Of a stretch of DNA of 64,000 bases, positions 55,701 to 64,000 are shown piece by piece; the stretch's first letter is position 1, and each line of letters begins with the position of its first letter. A program made the translations under genes and the position numbers. Source of the DNA: Botryllus schlosseri (taxonomy: Eukaryota); the NCBI GenBank assembly GCA_051294905.1, contig CM119372.1, forward strand, positions 40,240,001 to 40,304,000, given 5' to 3'. Under the pieces are notes generated by a model, which saw only the letters and a list, made by a program, of their open reading frames with translations, was not told the origin of the DNA and searched no databases.

Positions 55701-58700
55701 TAACTAATCAAAGCATACTAATCACGCAACAACTGAAACATGCCTACGTACAGAAACTCTTTACGTAATAATTGCAGGTGATGTTTTATTGCTATAACGG
55801 GTATTTGAAAGTCGCATTGTCAATTAACGGGCAATATGTATATACCCTCAAATTTATATGTTCACAGCAAGAAAAGTTGTCACATCTGAGTTTTTGAGAG
55901 TAGGGGAGATGTGGTACCGATGGATCACTGGGACCGAAAATACTTTGAAAATTCTCTATGATAATTCCATGATTACACTCCGTGAACTTGTCCACAGTTG
56001 CTTGCTGGCAAAATCTTTCCTCACATACAAAAAATTTCGACGTGCGCGAGCTATGGGGTCTCTCACAGATGTTTTTTGTTTTGGGGGGTGTAAAGTAAAT
56101 TTATATCGACATATACATTTTTCTTTGTAACCTTCAACACGAACAAACCAGCAATCATTTTTATTGTGAAGTGCAGGGCTTGTATCAGGCTATATAATGG
56201 CACCTATTATTTTTTTCAGTACTTTCCTTGAGTGGAATTTTTTTCGATTCATGTATAAAATTCGTAGGGTGGGGACCGAAGATACAACAGCCAAATCAAG
56301 CAAAATAATCAAGCATACTAATCATAAAACAAATGAAACATGCCTACGTACAGAAAATCTTTATGTAATAATTGCATATGATGTTTTATCGCTATAACGA
56401 GGTATTTGGAAGTCACACTGTCGATTTTCGGTCAATATGTAGGTACCCTCAAATTTATAAGTCCGACCCTAAATCGAAACGTGATTTTATGACAACATTT
56501 GAGTTAATATTTATTCTATTTATTGACGGTTGCGATCAAACATTCTTCTTTGGCTTACTGTAGCTTAGATTATAATACTGAGCAAGAAAAGTTGTCTCAT
56601 CTGAGGTATTTAGGGTATATGTGTCATAGGTCCCAAGGTCGTGTCCCATTGGACCCACCGGGTGGGGACCGATGACACGTTCGAGCAACATATTTTGAAC
56701 GTCCATAAATATTTTTTGAAAAGACGGATATTCATGTATATGTGCGCGATAGGTAGAGCTTGTATCAAAGTGCTGAGCCAGCAAAAGACCTGCTGTTTTC
56801 GGCTGAACATTTTGGGGCCAGCGATCATTTTCCAATTTTTGATCCATCGGTACCACATCTCCCCTAAGTCTCATAGGTCCACGGCTCGTGTGCCATTGGA
56901 CCCACCGGGTGATAATACGTTCGAGCAGCAAATTTTGAACGTTCATAAATATTTTTTGAGAAGACGGACACTCATGTATATATGCGTGATAGGTAGAGCT
57001 TGTATCAAAGTGTTGAGCCAGCAAATGATCTTCTGTTATCGGCTGAAAATTTTGGGGCCAGAGATCATTTTACAATTTTTGATCTATAGGTACCACAACC
57101 CCCCTACACTAATAGACGTGTTTATATGTATATAATATTTCTTATCATTCATTCGTTTTTGTACATCTGTCATTCCTGTCCAGCGACTGGCATTATTGTA
57201 TTCTGTATAATATATTATCTACATATCATTCAAATTTTGATATATTTTCTGATACTCAAACTCTCTGAAGATCATAATGGTTCTATAAATAGTCCTAGCT
57301 CAAGTTCCAGTAGCGAATTCTAAGAAGTGTGTAGCTCTTGTGCTAGTTGCGAATAAAAAAGTAGTTACCGAACAACTAGAAAAATGTGGCGTGAATCGTG
57401 ATACCATAGTGTCCTATATGCAAGGTTGCCATCGACACAAAAATAATGGCAGTCGAAAAATTAGATTCGCATTAAAAGCGTTTTTGTACATATGCCTTGT
57501 AATTATACAAGCTCATTCCAGAAACAGCCGGCTCCAGCACCTCCGTGTCAGTATAAAGTGCTTCATTGACCTTACGACAGCTCAGGTCTAGGTTTACCTT
57601 TCCTCAGGGCCGAAACAGCACTTTGTCAGCCCCCCCCAAAAAAACACGTTGGTCTTGCCCCCCCCCCATGGGGTGAGAAGCCAAACCTTTACACCTCGTT
57701 GTGATTAGAGGCGTCAGCCAAGATGGAAAATGGCTGTACAGCAGGTTTAGACAAAATCATTTTTAATCGCGGAGCAAGAACTCCAGTAGCAATACTTGTA
57801 GTCTAGGTTCTGGCCGAAGCAAACTTCGTTGCGATATTGGTATGGGGGAATATTGCTTTGAACAACTTCGATGTGCAATCGTTGGTGCGGAATGATTGCT
57901 GGTGTTTGCAGTATGCAATGTCCAGATACCATCAGCAGCAGCAGCCTTGTAGTCTTAGGTCGTTGGTGCTGACCAACTTGGTGAAAAAATTATTCATCGA
58001 CTGCCTCGAATTAATCAATGTGACACACTTCTTGTGTGTTGGGGTATCAATATCAGTTGAAATACCGGTTTTTCCTGTGGTCTCCGCAGCTCCAGGTTAA
58101 TGTCGCAATTGCAGATATTGCAATGTGCGAAGAACTCGCCGTTCAAGCTTCGTTTGATACTCTTAAATTCTCTTTCATAATCGCCACAAAAAACGTTTTT
58201 ACGCATGCTCATTTTAACTACCAGATTTAGCCTTATTAGTTGCTAACAGCCTAAAACTATATGTATTTATCAATGATTTATAGCTTTACTTTTGAACCCA
58301 GGTGTCAATGTCTTTTTTTAGTACGCAATATTAAATGCTGCCTTCGCTGCAGCTTATTCTTCTTTGGACTAAACAGCAGAAACTTGGTACTGCTGTTTAC
58401 TGCTAAAATGACATCCGCTATGATAGGTTGGTACAGCCGAAATTCCTACACCACTCACTGCCCTTGCTAAGCCAATGCACCACTTCGAAGTCAAATCAAG
58501 TGGTGCGTACGCCACGGGAGTTTTTTTTTTCATGATGTCATAACATCTCGACGCAAAAGCATAATTTTAGAATATTATGCAACACAGATACCAGAGGGAA
58601 ACTATCGAAGTTTTGTAGTTGTTGAAAATAAGACAATATAAGGACGCAACTCGAAAATAAGGACATTTCTTAGAAATAGTGACAGTTGAGTTTTCTAAGA

Positions 58701-60563
58701 CGTTGCCCTTCAAAATAAGAACAAATCTTAGAAATAAGAACGATATGGCAACCCTGCATATGGTGTCGACACAAGCAAATCTCACGGCTCAGTGAAATTG
58801 ATTCACGTCACAATTTCCATTTGGCTACAGGCAATTTGACGGTCATTTTTGACCGGCTTGCCGAGCATTAAATTTGGTAAAGCGGGTATCAATCGATAGC
58901 TGACTCTGCACCGATTACGAAGATATAAATTTTATTCCGCTCGCGGCCCTGGAACCCCCACAATCAGCCTCGAATTTTTCATTGTTGTGGAGATTGGCAT
59001 TGGGACGCAACAATGCTGTCTGGCTCTTTTGCTCTTGCGCTACTCTCTCGTTTCGCCAGACAGCATTGGTGCGTCCTAATGCCAATCTCCATAACAATGG
59101 AAAATTCGAGGCTTATTGTGGGAGTTCCAGGGCCACGAGCGGAACAAAAACCAGAATGTACAAGTTGCTTCGGATTTGAATCGAATATTTGTGTTTTAGT
59201 TAGTTAGATGCGGATTTTTAAACGCCATATGTTGTAGTTCTAGTAGAGCATTTCGGAAATTCAGTAGTTTGTACAAGTCTGCACCAAGACCGTTATGTTC
59301 ATATCACCGATACCAGACAATACTGATCAAACATTTCTTGTTGTATAGCAAATCTGTAATTTATTTCTCTGCTGACGAAATAAATCTTCCTCTTTCCCTG
59401 CAGTCTCACAAGATCACCAGAGCGTGACGCGATGACTCACCCTTTTCCTGCTGTCTCTGATCGGCATACAAAGCAGACTCGAAGTGTGGTAGCCGGTTTT
59501 CCTGTCCACTTCCTGGTTGAATCTGGAATCCTGGCACAGAAAAGTGACATCAAAACTTTACTCTAAACCAGTGGTTCCCAACGTGGGCGATTTGGCGGTC
59601 TAGGGGGGGCGCAAATGACGAAGGGGGCGATACGGGGGGGGGGGGAATGGACAAAGGGGGCGATAGGGGTCGAAAATAGCGAAGGGGGCGAGGACACGGT
59701 AAAACGGCTATATTAGAGTCAAAGCGGAGAAATGACCTTTTTTTTAGTCAACCCACCAAAATTTGGTTGCAAATGTGGAAAATTCAACATCAAGCCGAAA
59801 AGTTGACTTTTTTTTAGTCAACCCGCCGGTGATTCCAGTTCGTATGTCCATTTTTCGGTTCATAAAATTTTGGGGGGGGGGGCGATGATCTTTGTTGAAC
59901 TTGAAAAGGGGGCGATGAGTCGAAAAAGGTTGGGAACCACTGCTCTAAACCAAGATGAGTTTGAAAGAGGGCCACTAAAAATGTATGTTATTTAAGTATA
60001 CTCCACAATAACAAAGGCAATATATCAATATTTAATAAGAATGCCCACACAGTAATAATCTACTATACTTGATCTTAAGTTTACTGATATTAATCTACTA
60101 ATTGTACTAATAAACTACTTATAGTAACACTTGAGGTTAATAATATTAATATTGTAAATGGCAACGGCTAGCCCTGCTAAGAGAATAAACCGTGATGAAA
60201 TTAACTTAAGCTTGGATTTACATATCTGCGTGACGGAGGAGTGTGCAAGCCGCAATGCGATTTATATTCAACAGTTCTAACTAATGAGTCAATGAAACCA
60301 GGATAGCTGAAAGTTGGAAGAATAGAGGGGTCATCGATTTTTTCTAAATTTTCAAAGGGCCACGGTGAAAAAAAAACGGTTGTAAACCGCTGCTCTACAT
60401 TATAACGTCTCTTGTCCCATGCTATAAAAATGTTATGAGCTGAGACCTTGTACGCGTCTGGTATGTTGAGTTTCTTTCCGCTCAACGCAACTTGTCCGGC
60501 GATTCCTTGACCAAGCTCGATTCTGATTTCGTTCTTCACCAAACTATCTTCCAATGAAGAATC
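31636..60563 (-). CDS. Tandem-GAF cyclic nucleotide phosphodiesterase, PDE5/PDE11-like (cGMP-specific or dual-specificity 3',5'-cyclic PDE), 5'-partial, 17 exons
   Basis: Manually spliced join (minus): 60447-60563, 59441-59530, 54961-55131, 54763-54901, 52482-52603, 52375-52422, 52241-52316, 51327-51493, 49525-49575, 49322-49468, 44933-45019, 42975-43105, 42494-42582, 41814-41994, 38439-38502, 36329-36487, 31636-31749 = 1953 nt, one open frame, all GT-AG, all phases compatible. Two GAF NK..F...DE motifs; catalytic motifs [38 protein letters not shown], invariant Gln in MQIGF. Confidence 0.95.
32076..35602. mobile_element. CAGTGTTGGGAT / GACTCGAGTC-repeat MITE expanded by nested insertions
   Basis: TIRs at both ends; TSD ctgtacat / ctttacat; nested elements at ~32448-33483, ~33655-34062 and 34923-35400 (TSD ttataaaa / ttatacaa). 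Confidence 0.85.
36329..36487 (-). CDS. PDE exon: [14 protein letters not shown]...[18 protein letters not shown]
   Basis: cag / gtaagc; EFF.QGD and invariant Gln. Confidence 0.95.
36964..38026. mobile_element. Foldback-like element with long imperfect inverted arms
   Basis: CATAGTGTCCTATATGGTGTGGACAC... and reverse complement; arm homology extends about 300 bp; related copy at 57405-59145. Confidence 0.75.
38439..38502 (-). CDS. PDE exon: [21 protein letters not shown]
   Basis: cag / gtattg; metal-binding Asp and TKPW motif. Confidence 0.93.
39896..41493. mobile_element. Non-autonomous hAT (CAGTGCTCTTCAACC family) containing MITE 40634-41066
   Basis: High identity to 23598-25860; nested MITE has perfect TSD aatttgcg. 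Confidence 0.9.
41814..41994 (-). CDS. PDE exon: [32 protein letters not shown]...RKLL
   Basis: cag / gtctgt; AI..TDLA.YF motif. Confidence 0.93.
42494..42582 (-). CDS. PDE exon: [29 protein letters not shown]
   Basis: cag / gtgaac; LE.HHF motif. Confidence 0.94.
42975..43105 (-). CDS. PDE exon: [10 protein letters not shown]...[17 protein letters not shown]
   Basis: cag / gtgagt; class I PDE signature HDLDHRG.NN. Confidence 0.95.
43727..44421. mobile_element. CAGTGGTTCCCAACC hAT MITE inserted in a LINE 3'-tail fragment
   Basis: TIRs present; flanks 43590-43726 and 44425-44600 are collinear with the LINE 3' UTR at 45825-46100. Confidence 0.8.
44933..45019 (-). CDS. PDE exon: [29 protein letters not shown]
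   Basis: cag / gtacag; catalytic YHN..H motif. Confidence 0.95.
45407..45735 (+). pseudogene. Charlie/SPIN-type hAT remnant with transposase C-terminus
   Basis: Frameshifted FANLRKVA...[18 protein letters not shown]...[24 protein letters not shown] subterminal motifs. Confidence 0.7.
45811..48775 (-). mobile_element. 5'-truncated CR1/L2-clade LINE (partial AP endonuclease, RT, 3' UTR, (ATG)n tail), inactivated
   Basis: [14 protein letters not shown] (APE); [29 protein letters not shown] (TAA 46979-46981), FADDT, KYLG; 25-bp tandem duplication 47786-47835 shifts frame. Confidence 0.95.
49322..49468 (-). CDS. PDE exon, start of catalytic domain: [19 protein letters not shown]...[18 protein letters not shown]
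   Basis: cag / gttatt after a 56-nt intron; F.FDD and IRMF.DL motifs. Confidence 0.9.
49525..49575 (-). CDS. PDE exon: [17 protein letters not shown]
   Basis: cag / gtgaga; conserved LEVLSYHA junction. Confidence 0.88.
49858..50807. mobile_element. Complete CAGTGTTGGGAT / GACTCGAGTC-repeat hAT MITE
   Basis: TIR CAGTGTTGGGAT; perfect TSD acgcacgt; arrays of GACTCGAGTC(AAGTC)n at both ends. Confidence 0.93.
51327..51493 (-). CDS. PDE exon, end of [12 protein letters not shown]...[20 protein letters not shown]...AKQSVVLE
   Basis: cag / gtaact; second NKFDE motif. Confidence 0.93.
52241..52316 (-). CDS. PDE exon, [29 protein letters not shown]
   Basis: cag / gtgagt; TKSLIC.PI motif. Confidence 0.88.
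52375..52422 (-). CDS. PDE 48-nt exon, [20 protein letters not shown]
   Basis: cag / gtattt, flanked by 59- and 58-nt introns; supplies the RF motif. Confidence 0.7.
52482..52603 (-). CDS. PDE exon, [44 protein letters not shown]
   Basis: cag / gtgaat; phase matches neighbours; N..L..YV..TG pattern. Confidence 0.82.
52790..54122. mobile_element. CAGTGGTTCCCAAC hAT MITE with ATCGCCCC repeats
   Basis: TIRs; perfect TSD gcctagac; shorter reverse copy at 59569-59942. Confidence 0.9.
54763..54901 (-). CDS. PDE exon, start of [50 protein letters not shown]
   Basis: tag / gtgagc boundaries after a 59-nt intron; LL.L...LFEEQ and L.CER.S motifs. Confidence 0.92.
54961..55131 (-). CDS. PDE exon, end of [14 protein letters not shown]...FTARDEK...ENRRNE
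   Basis: NKFDE motif; cag / gtgatt boundaries; 57 codons. Confidence 0.93.
55298..57110. repeat. Composite repeat: two ~600-bp direct units facing two ~240-bp inverted related units
   Basis: ~55300-55860 is like ~55905-56460; ~56630-56865 is like ~56870-57100; GAGATGTGGTACCGATGGATCA (55906) is inverted at ~56840. Confidence 0.8.
57421..58756 (-). mobile_element. hAT-like remnant with BED-finger-like fragment, inserted in the foldback family
   Basis: Ends CAAGGTTGCCAT / ATGGCAACCCTG; flanks tatatg / catatg; ORF fragment [21 protein letters not shown]. Confidence 0.6.
59441..59530 (-). CDS. PDE exon, [34 protein letters not shown]
   Basis: cag / gtgagt boundaries; canonical GAF motif RFN.EVD..TGY.T...LCMPI; absent from the ORF track. 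Confidence 0.93.
59569..59942. mobile_element. CAGTGGTTCCCAAC hAT MITE
   Basis: Perfect TSD ctctaaac. Confidence 0.9.
60447..60563 (-). CDS. PDE exon, [43 protein letters not shown]
   Basis: cag acceptor, gt donor (GTCTCA), GAF motif GIAG..A..G..LNIPDAY. Confidence 0.9.
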
Positions 60564-60589
60564 CTGCCAACGAAACAAATTAAGTTTTG

Positions 60590-60758
60590 AAGGTTTATCT
60601 AAGCTCTTCCTCGCCACCTCATCCGCGAAAGCGGTGTCTTACAAAAAGCTTAGAAGTGGCCCGTGCTATAAGTCGGCAGTTAAGGAATAAAAATGAAGAA
60701 TATCGGCCAGATGTAAGTGACCATAGTAGTCGACAAACACCATGAATACCACAGAAAA
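60590..60758 (+). mobile_element. Head-less copy of the SINE at 14892-15167
   Basis: CCTCGCCACCTCATCCGCG...GACAAACACCATGAATACCACAGAA matches the 3' half of that SINE. Confidence 0.85.
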
Positions 60759-61554
60759 ATGCCTTTTAAAAAAATGTTTTTTTTTAAAGTTTTATAATTA
60801 TGCTATAATTGGGTAAATATTTACCCATATTTACCATATATTTTCGATTGTGTATGTCAATCTACTGTGAGGTCACAATTGAATATTCGTGACGTCATGA
60901 CCTATAAATAATAAAAAACATGTTTTTAATAAGGGCCTTATTTTAAACATGTTTGTTTTAAATTGATTTTTGTTTTAAATTGATTTGTATTTTAAATGCA
61001 ACCTTACATCAGATATTAATGCTTTTGTTCTTTCAGCACTCTGTTGATGCAGAGTTCACTTTGAACAGCTTCTTGGAGGTACAGAACTTCAATATACAAT
61101 TGAATAGTATATCCAATTCATATTGAAATGACCCCGAATATTTTCGGCTAACACTCGTCAGGGGTAATCGTCATCAACTAGTAGAGAATTCAAAAGAATA
61201 CCGTTTACTAGTTGCTGACGATTACCCCTGGCGAGTGTCAGCCGAAAATATTCGGGCTCATTTCAATATGAATATAGTATTCAACAGTTCACTTTGTGCA
61301 AGGGTATTCTATAGTAATGTATAAGATTTGTAATGTGGTTGATTTGTTTTGTGACCCGGCGCAAATTGAAAAAAGTAAAATATACTTATTATAACGATCG
61401 AAATCATCCACTGCAATGAAGTCATAAGGAGTGATACGCGTAATTATTATACCCTTGAATTAATATTGCACCACATTGGTGAGAAGGGCTTCATACATTT
61501 TTAAAATTTCTTCTGGTGTGTAGTTTGAGCTTCCAAAGAACATAGACCATAGAG

Positions 61555-62575
61555 CAGTGGTTCCCAACCGGGGAGGAATTCCCCCCTTGGGGGGAATTTT
61601 GCAATTTTTAGGGAGGAATTCCACTTTATAATTGTAACGGATTTCCCAAATTGTTTATGCCCGAACTGACATGTAGTCAACCAGTTATATCCGAACGTAT
61701 GCTCCTTGTGGCTGTTTTTTTGTTTGCTGAAAGTATGTTCAAATGCTATTTGAAATCTCTTTTTCACATACGAATCCCCGCTCCCCATTTTTAAACTAGT
61801 TCAGATGTGCTGCAGTTCGCAAGACAATTTTGTAGGCAGGCGACGGCCTGTCAATCAAATATTTCCTAAGCGAGGAAATGTCGTGCCGTTCTATCACAAT
61901 AAGGCCTCTAGTGAAATAATTTATCTTATATTTTCAAGTCAACATTTTCAGACAGTGACAAAATATCCCAACGTCCAACGTTTTATAGTCTCGAGTCATA
62001 TGGCTTTGTTCGAGTCCTGCACAATGACTCGAGTCCAAGTCGAGTCAATACCCAGATTATCTCGAGTCGAGTCGAGTCGTTTCCGTATTTTGAGAAAATG
62101 ACTCGAGTCAAGTCGAGTCATCAGAAAATGGTGAATCGAGTCTGACTCGAGTCTGGTCAACCCTGCTATATATGAAAGTACCAATATTATTGGCCAAATG
62201 CAAACGCAAACTTGAGAAAAAAAAAATCGCGAGACCAGTAAATTTATGGATACCGATTTTTCAGAGCAGTTATATTAGCGATTGGTGCATGTTAAGCCGA
62301 AAGTACAAATGGAAGTGAGGGGGTCTGTTGAGTCAAGCCTTCCAGAATTTGTTTGATTGGAACCAAGGCCATTATTTTTGGAGGTCTACGAAGTGTTATT
62401 ACAGCACTGCTAGAAACAAACACTCGGAACCGCCCGGCTTATTCTCTCAGTCAACAGGTGTTTGCGCGGTAAAAATGACCTTTTTTAATCACCGGGGAGA
62501 TTTATCCTAAGGGGGGAATTTTGGCTTAAATTTCGGCCAAGGGAGGCACGAGATGAAAAAGGCTGGGAACCACTG
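61555..62575. mobile_element. CAGTGGTTCCCAACC hAT MITE with embedded GACTCGAGTC fragment
   Basis: Perfect TSD ccatagag. Confidence 0.88.
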
Positions 62576-62623
62576 CCATAGAGCGTCCGATGCATGGTTG
62601 CCATACGTCCAAATATCCTATGA

Positions 62624-63347
62624 CAGAGGTTCTCAACCGGGGGTCTGCGAAACCGCGAGGCAGTTTCGCTTCATAACTGCTAAAACTTCATATCTCACAT
62701 AAACAGAATGGCCGTCGGGGATGAAATATTCTACTGTGCAAACTCATCTTAATTGCCGAATTGCCAATAGCCTACTGATACAAACGTATGGCGGTTCAGA
62801 GATGTTTTGCTGGTGTGTTCGAAAATAATTGCTTGCAAAAATCCATTTTGTCCCGCGATACGCATAACCGCTATTCCAGAATAGCTTCGAGATGGGCTGC
62901 TAGATAGAAATGACAATGCTGGACGTTATATTATTTTAGTGTCATATTTGTTGCGATCATACCCAAAGGTGGTGTCGAAAGCGTTGCGCGCTATTATTAC
63001 ATTCGCCACCGCATACGTTTGTGGAAATGGATTTTCGACATTCGTTCATATCGACTTGACTGCGCGGATTTTCAAGACCTGCCGCGTATTTCAAAGACAT
63101 TTGGCTACAGAATTCGCTTTGAAATCATAAAATTCAACCAATTTTTACATATAGAGTTGGCTAGGATATTATTTTCAAGAATGGTCATTCTGTTGCTCTT
63201 TATCACTAGCCTACAGTTGATATTTGCACAGGACAGATGACGGTTGTTCGATAATAGAGCTAAATTTCAACTAAAACTTTATGGGTCCGTGGGGGTCAGT
63301 GACGGTCCAAAAGAGGTCCGCGAAGACGAAAAGGTTTAGAACCAGTG
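62624..63347 (+). mobile_element. Buster/Charlie-type deleted hAT with transposase C-terminal fragment
   Basis: TIR CAGAGGTTCTCAACC-like; TSD tcctatga / tcctaaga; YPKVVSKALRAIITFATAYVCGNGFSTF. Confidence 0.75.
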
Positions 63348-63624
63348 TCCTAAGACATGTCCGGTATTATCAAAATATTCTGCGGCTGAGATGGACACAA
63401 GGTTGCGATTCTCAAAATTGATTTCATACTCGATACTTTTTTACTAGGTAGTTCTATAAGTTGCCATTTTATCGTACTTTGTTAGATGTAGCTAAATTCC
63501 GTAGACAAAATTATCAGTTTTTCATCATCTGGATTGATTTTCAAGAAATGCACCAATTTGTAGTATCATCTGTAATTTGGCATTAGTAGGGTTACCACAT
63601 TTTGCGATCCGAAAAGTAGGACAC

Positions 63625-63802
63625 CAGGGTTGTAACCAAGTCACAAGGCTCCGAGTCACAAGTCAATCTCACTTTTATAGTTTTGACTCGAGTCAAGTCG
63701 AGTCATTTCAATTCACCACCGAGTCAAGTCCGAGTCCAAGTCAGCGAGCAGAGGGTCGAGTCCGAGTCATGGAATTATGACTCGAGTCCGAGTCCAAGTC
63801 AT
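63625..63802. mobile_element. Left end of a CAGGGTTG / GACTCGAGTC-repeat MITE
   Basis: Homologous to ~39657-39805. Confidence 0.7.
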
Positions 63803-64000
63803 TGTATAGACTGCTCAGTTTCCAGTTAAAGTATTGGTAAACCCACTTTTTATAACTCTGTTTGGTGATATCGAATGTTTCGCATTCATAATATACCAAT
63901 TTTCCTCACTTTTAGCAGTTTCTGGTCGCATATTCAAGTACCAGTACCCACAGACGAAATCCCAATAGTGTGTTGGCTTCGGAATTACAATGAAATGTCG

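Noticed and set aside
56536..57135. 162-164 aa ORFs on both strands
   Set aside because: Products of the ~240-bp tandem repeat with no protein-like features.
31750..60446. Non-canonical introns
   Set aside because: All 16 reconstructed introns are GT-AG.
61005..61090. Upstream PDE GAF-A exon
   Set aside because: A gtaag-like donor exists, but all three minus-strand frames contain stops before it.

Overview
Eukaryotic, animal-type genomic DNA (spliceosomal introns, AT-rich, saturated with transposons). It is possibly a marine invertebrate such as an ascidian, but that is only inference. There are no prokaryotic operons, rRNA, CRISPR arrays or intact tRNA genes. The right half (31636-60563, minus strand) carries 17 GT-AG coding exons, 650 aa plus stop, of a tandem-GAF class I cyclic nucleotide phosphodiesterase of the PDE5/PDE11 clade; its 5' exons lie outside the window or could not be seen. 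Its introns are either tiny (56-59 nt) or inflated by MITEs, a decayed CR1/L2-type LINE and SINEs. The left half is intergenic and is a multi-layer nest of mobile elements. A ~0.9 kb deleted hAT (TAGGG ends, 8-bp TSD, transposase C-terminus remnant) has swollen to 15.4 kb, mainly by taking up a 12.1 kb CACTA/EnSpm-like element that carries decayed, intron-containing accessory genes (DUF4806/BEN-like and SAMD3-like, recognised from memory). Further right is a Gypsy LTR retrotransposon that inserted into a tRNA-SINE and was then broken by three DNA-transposon insertions. I found no convincing wholly new molecular system. The best candidates for follow-up are the cargo-carrying CACTA-like element, the modular MITE families and the divergent GAF-B of the PDE.
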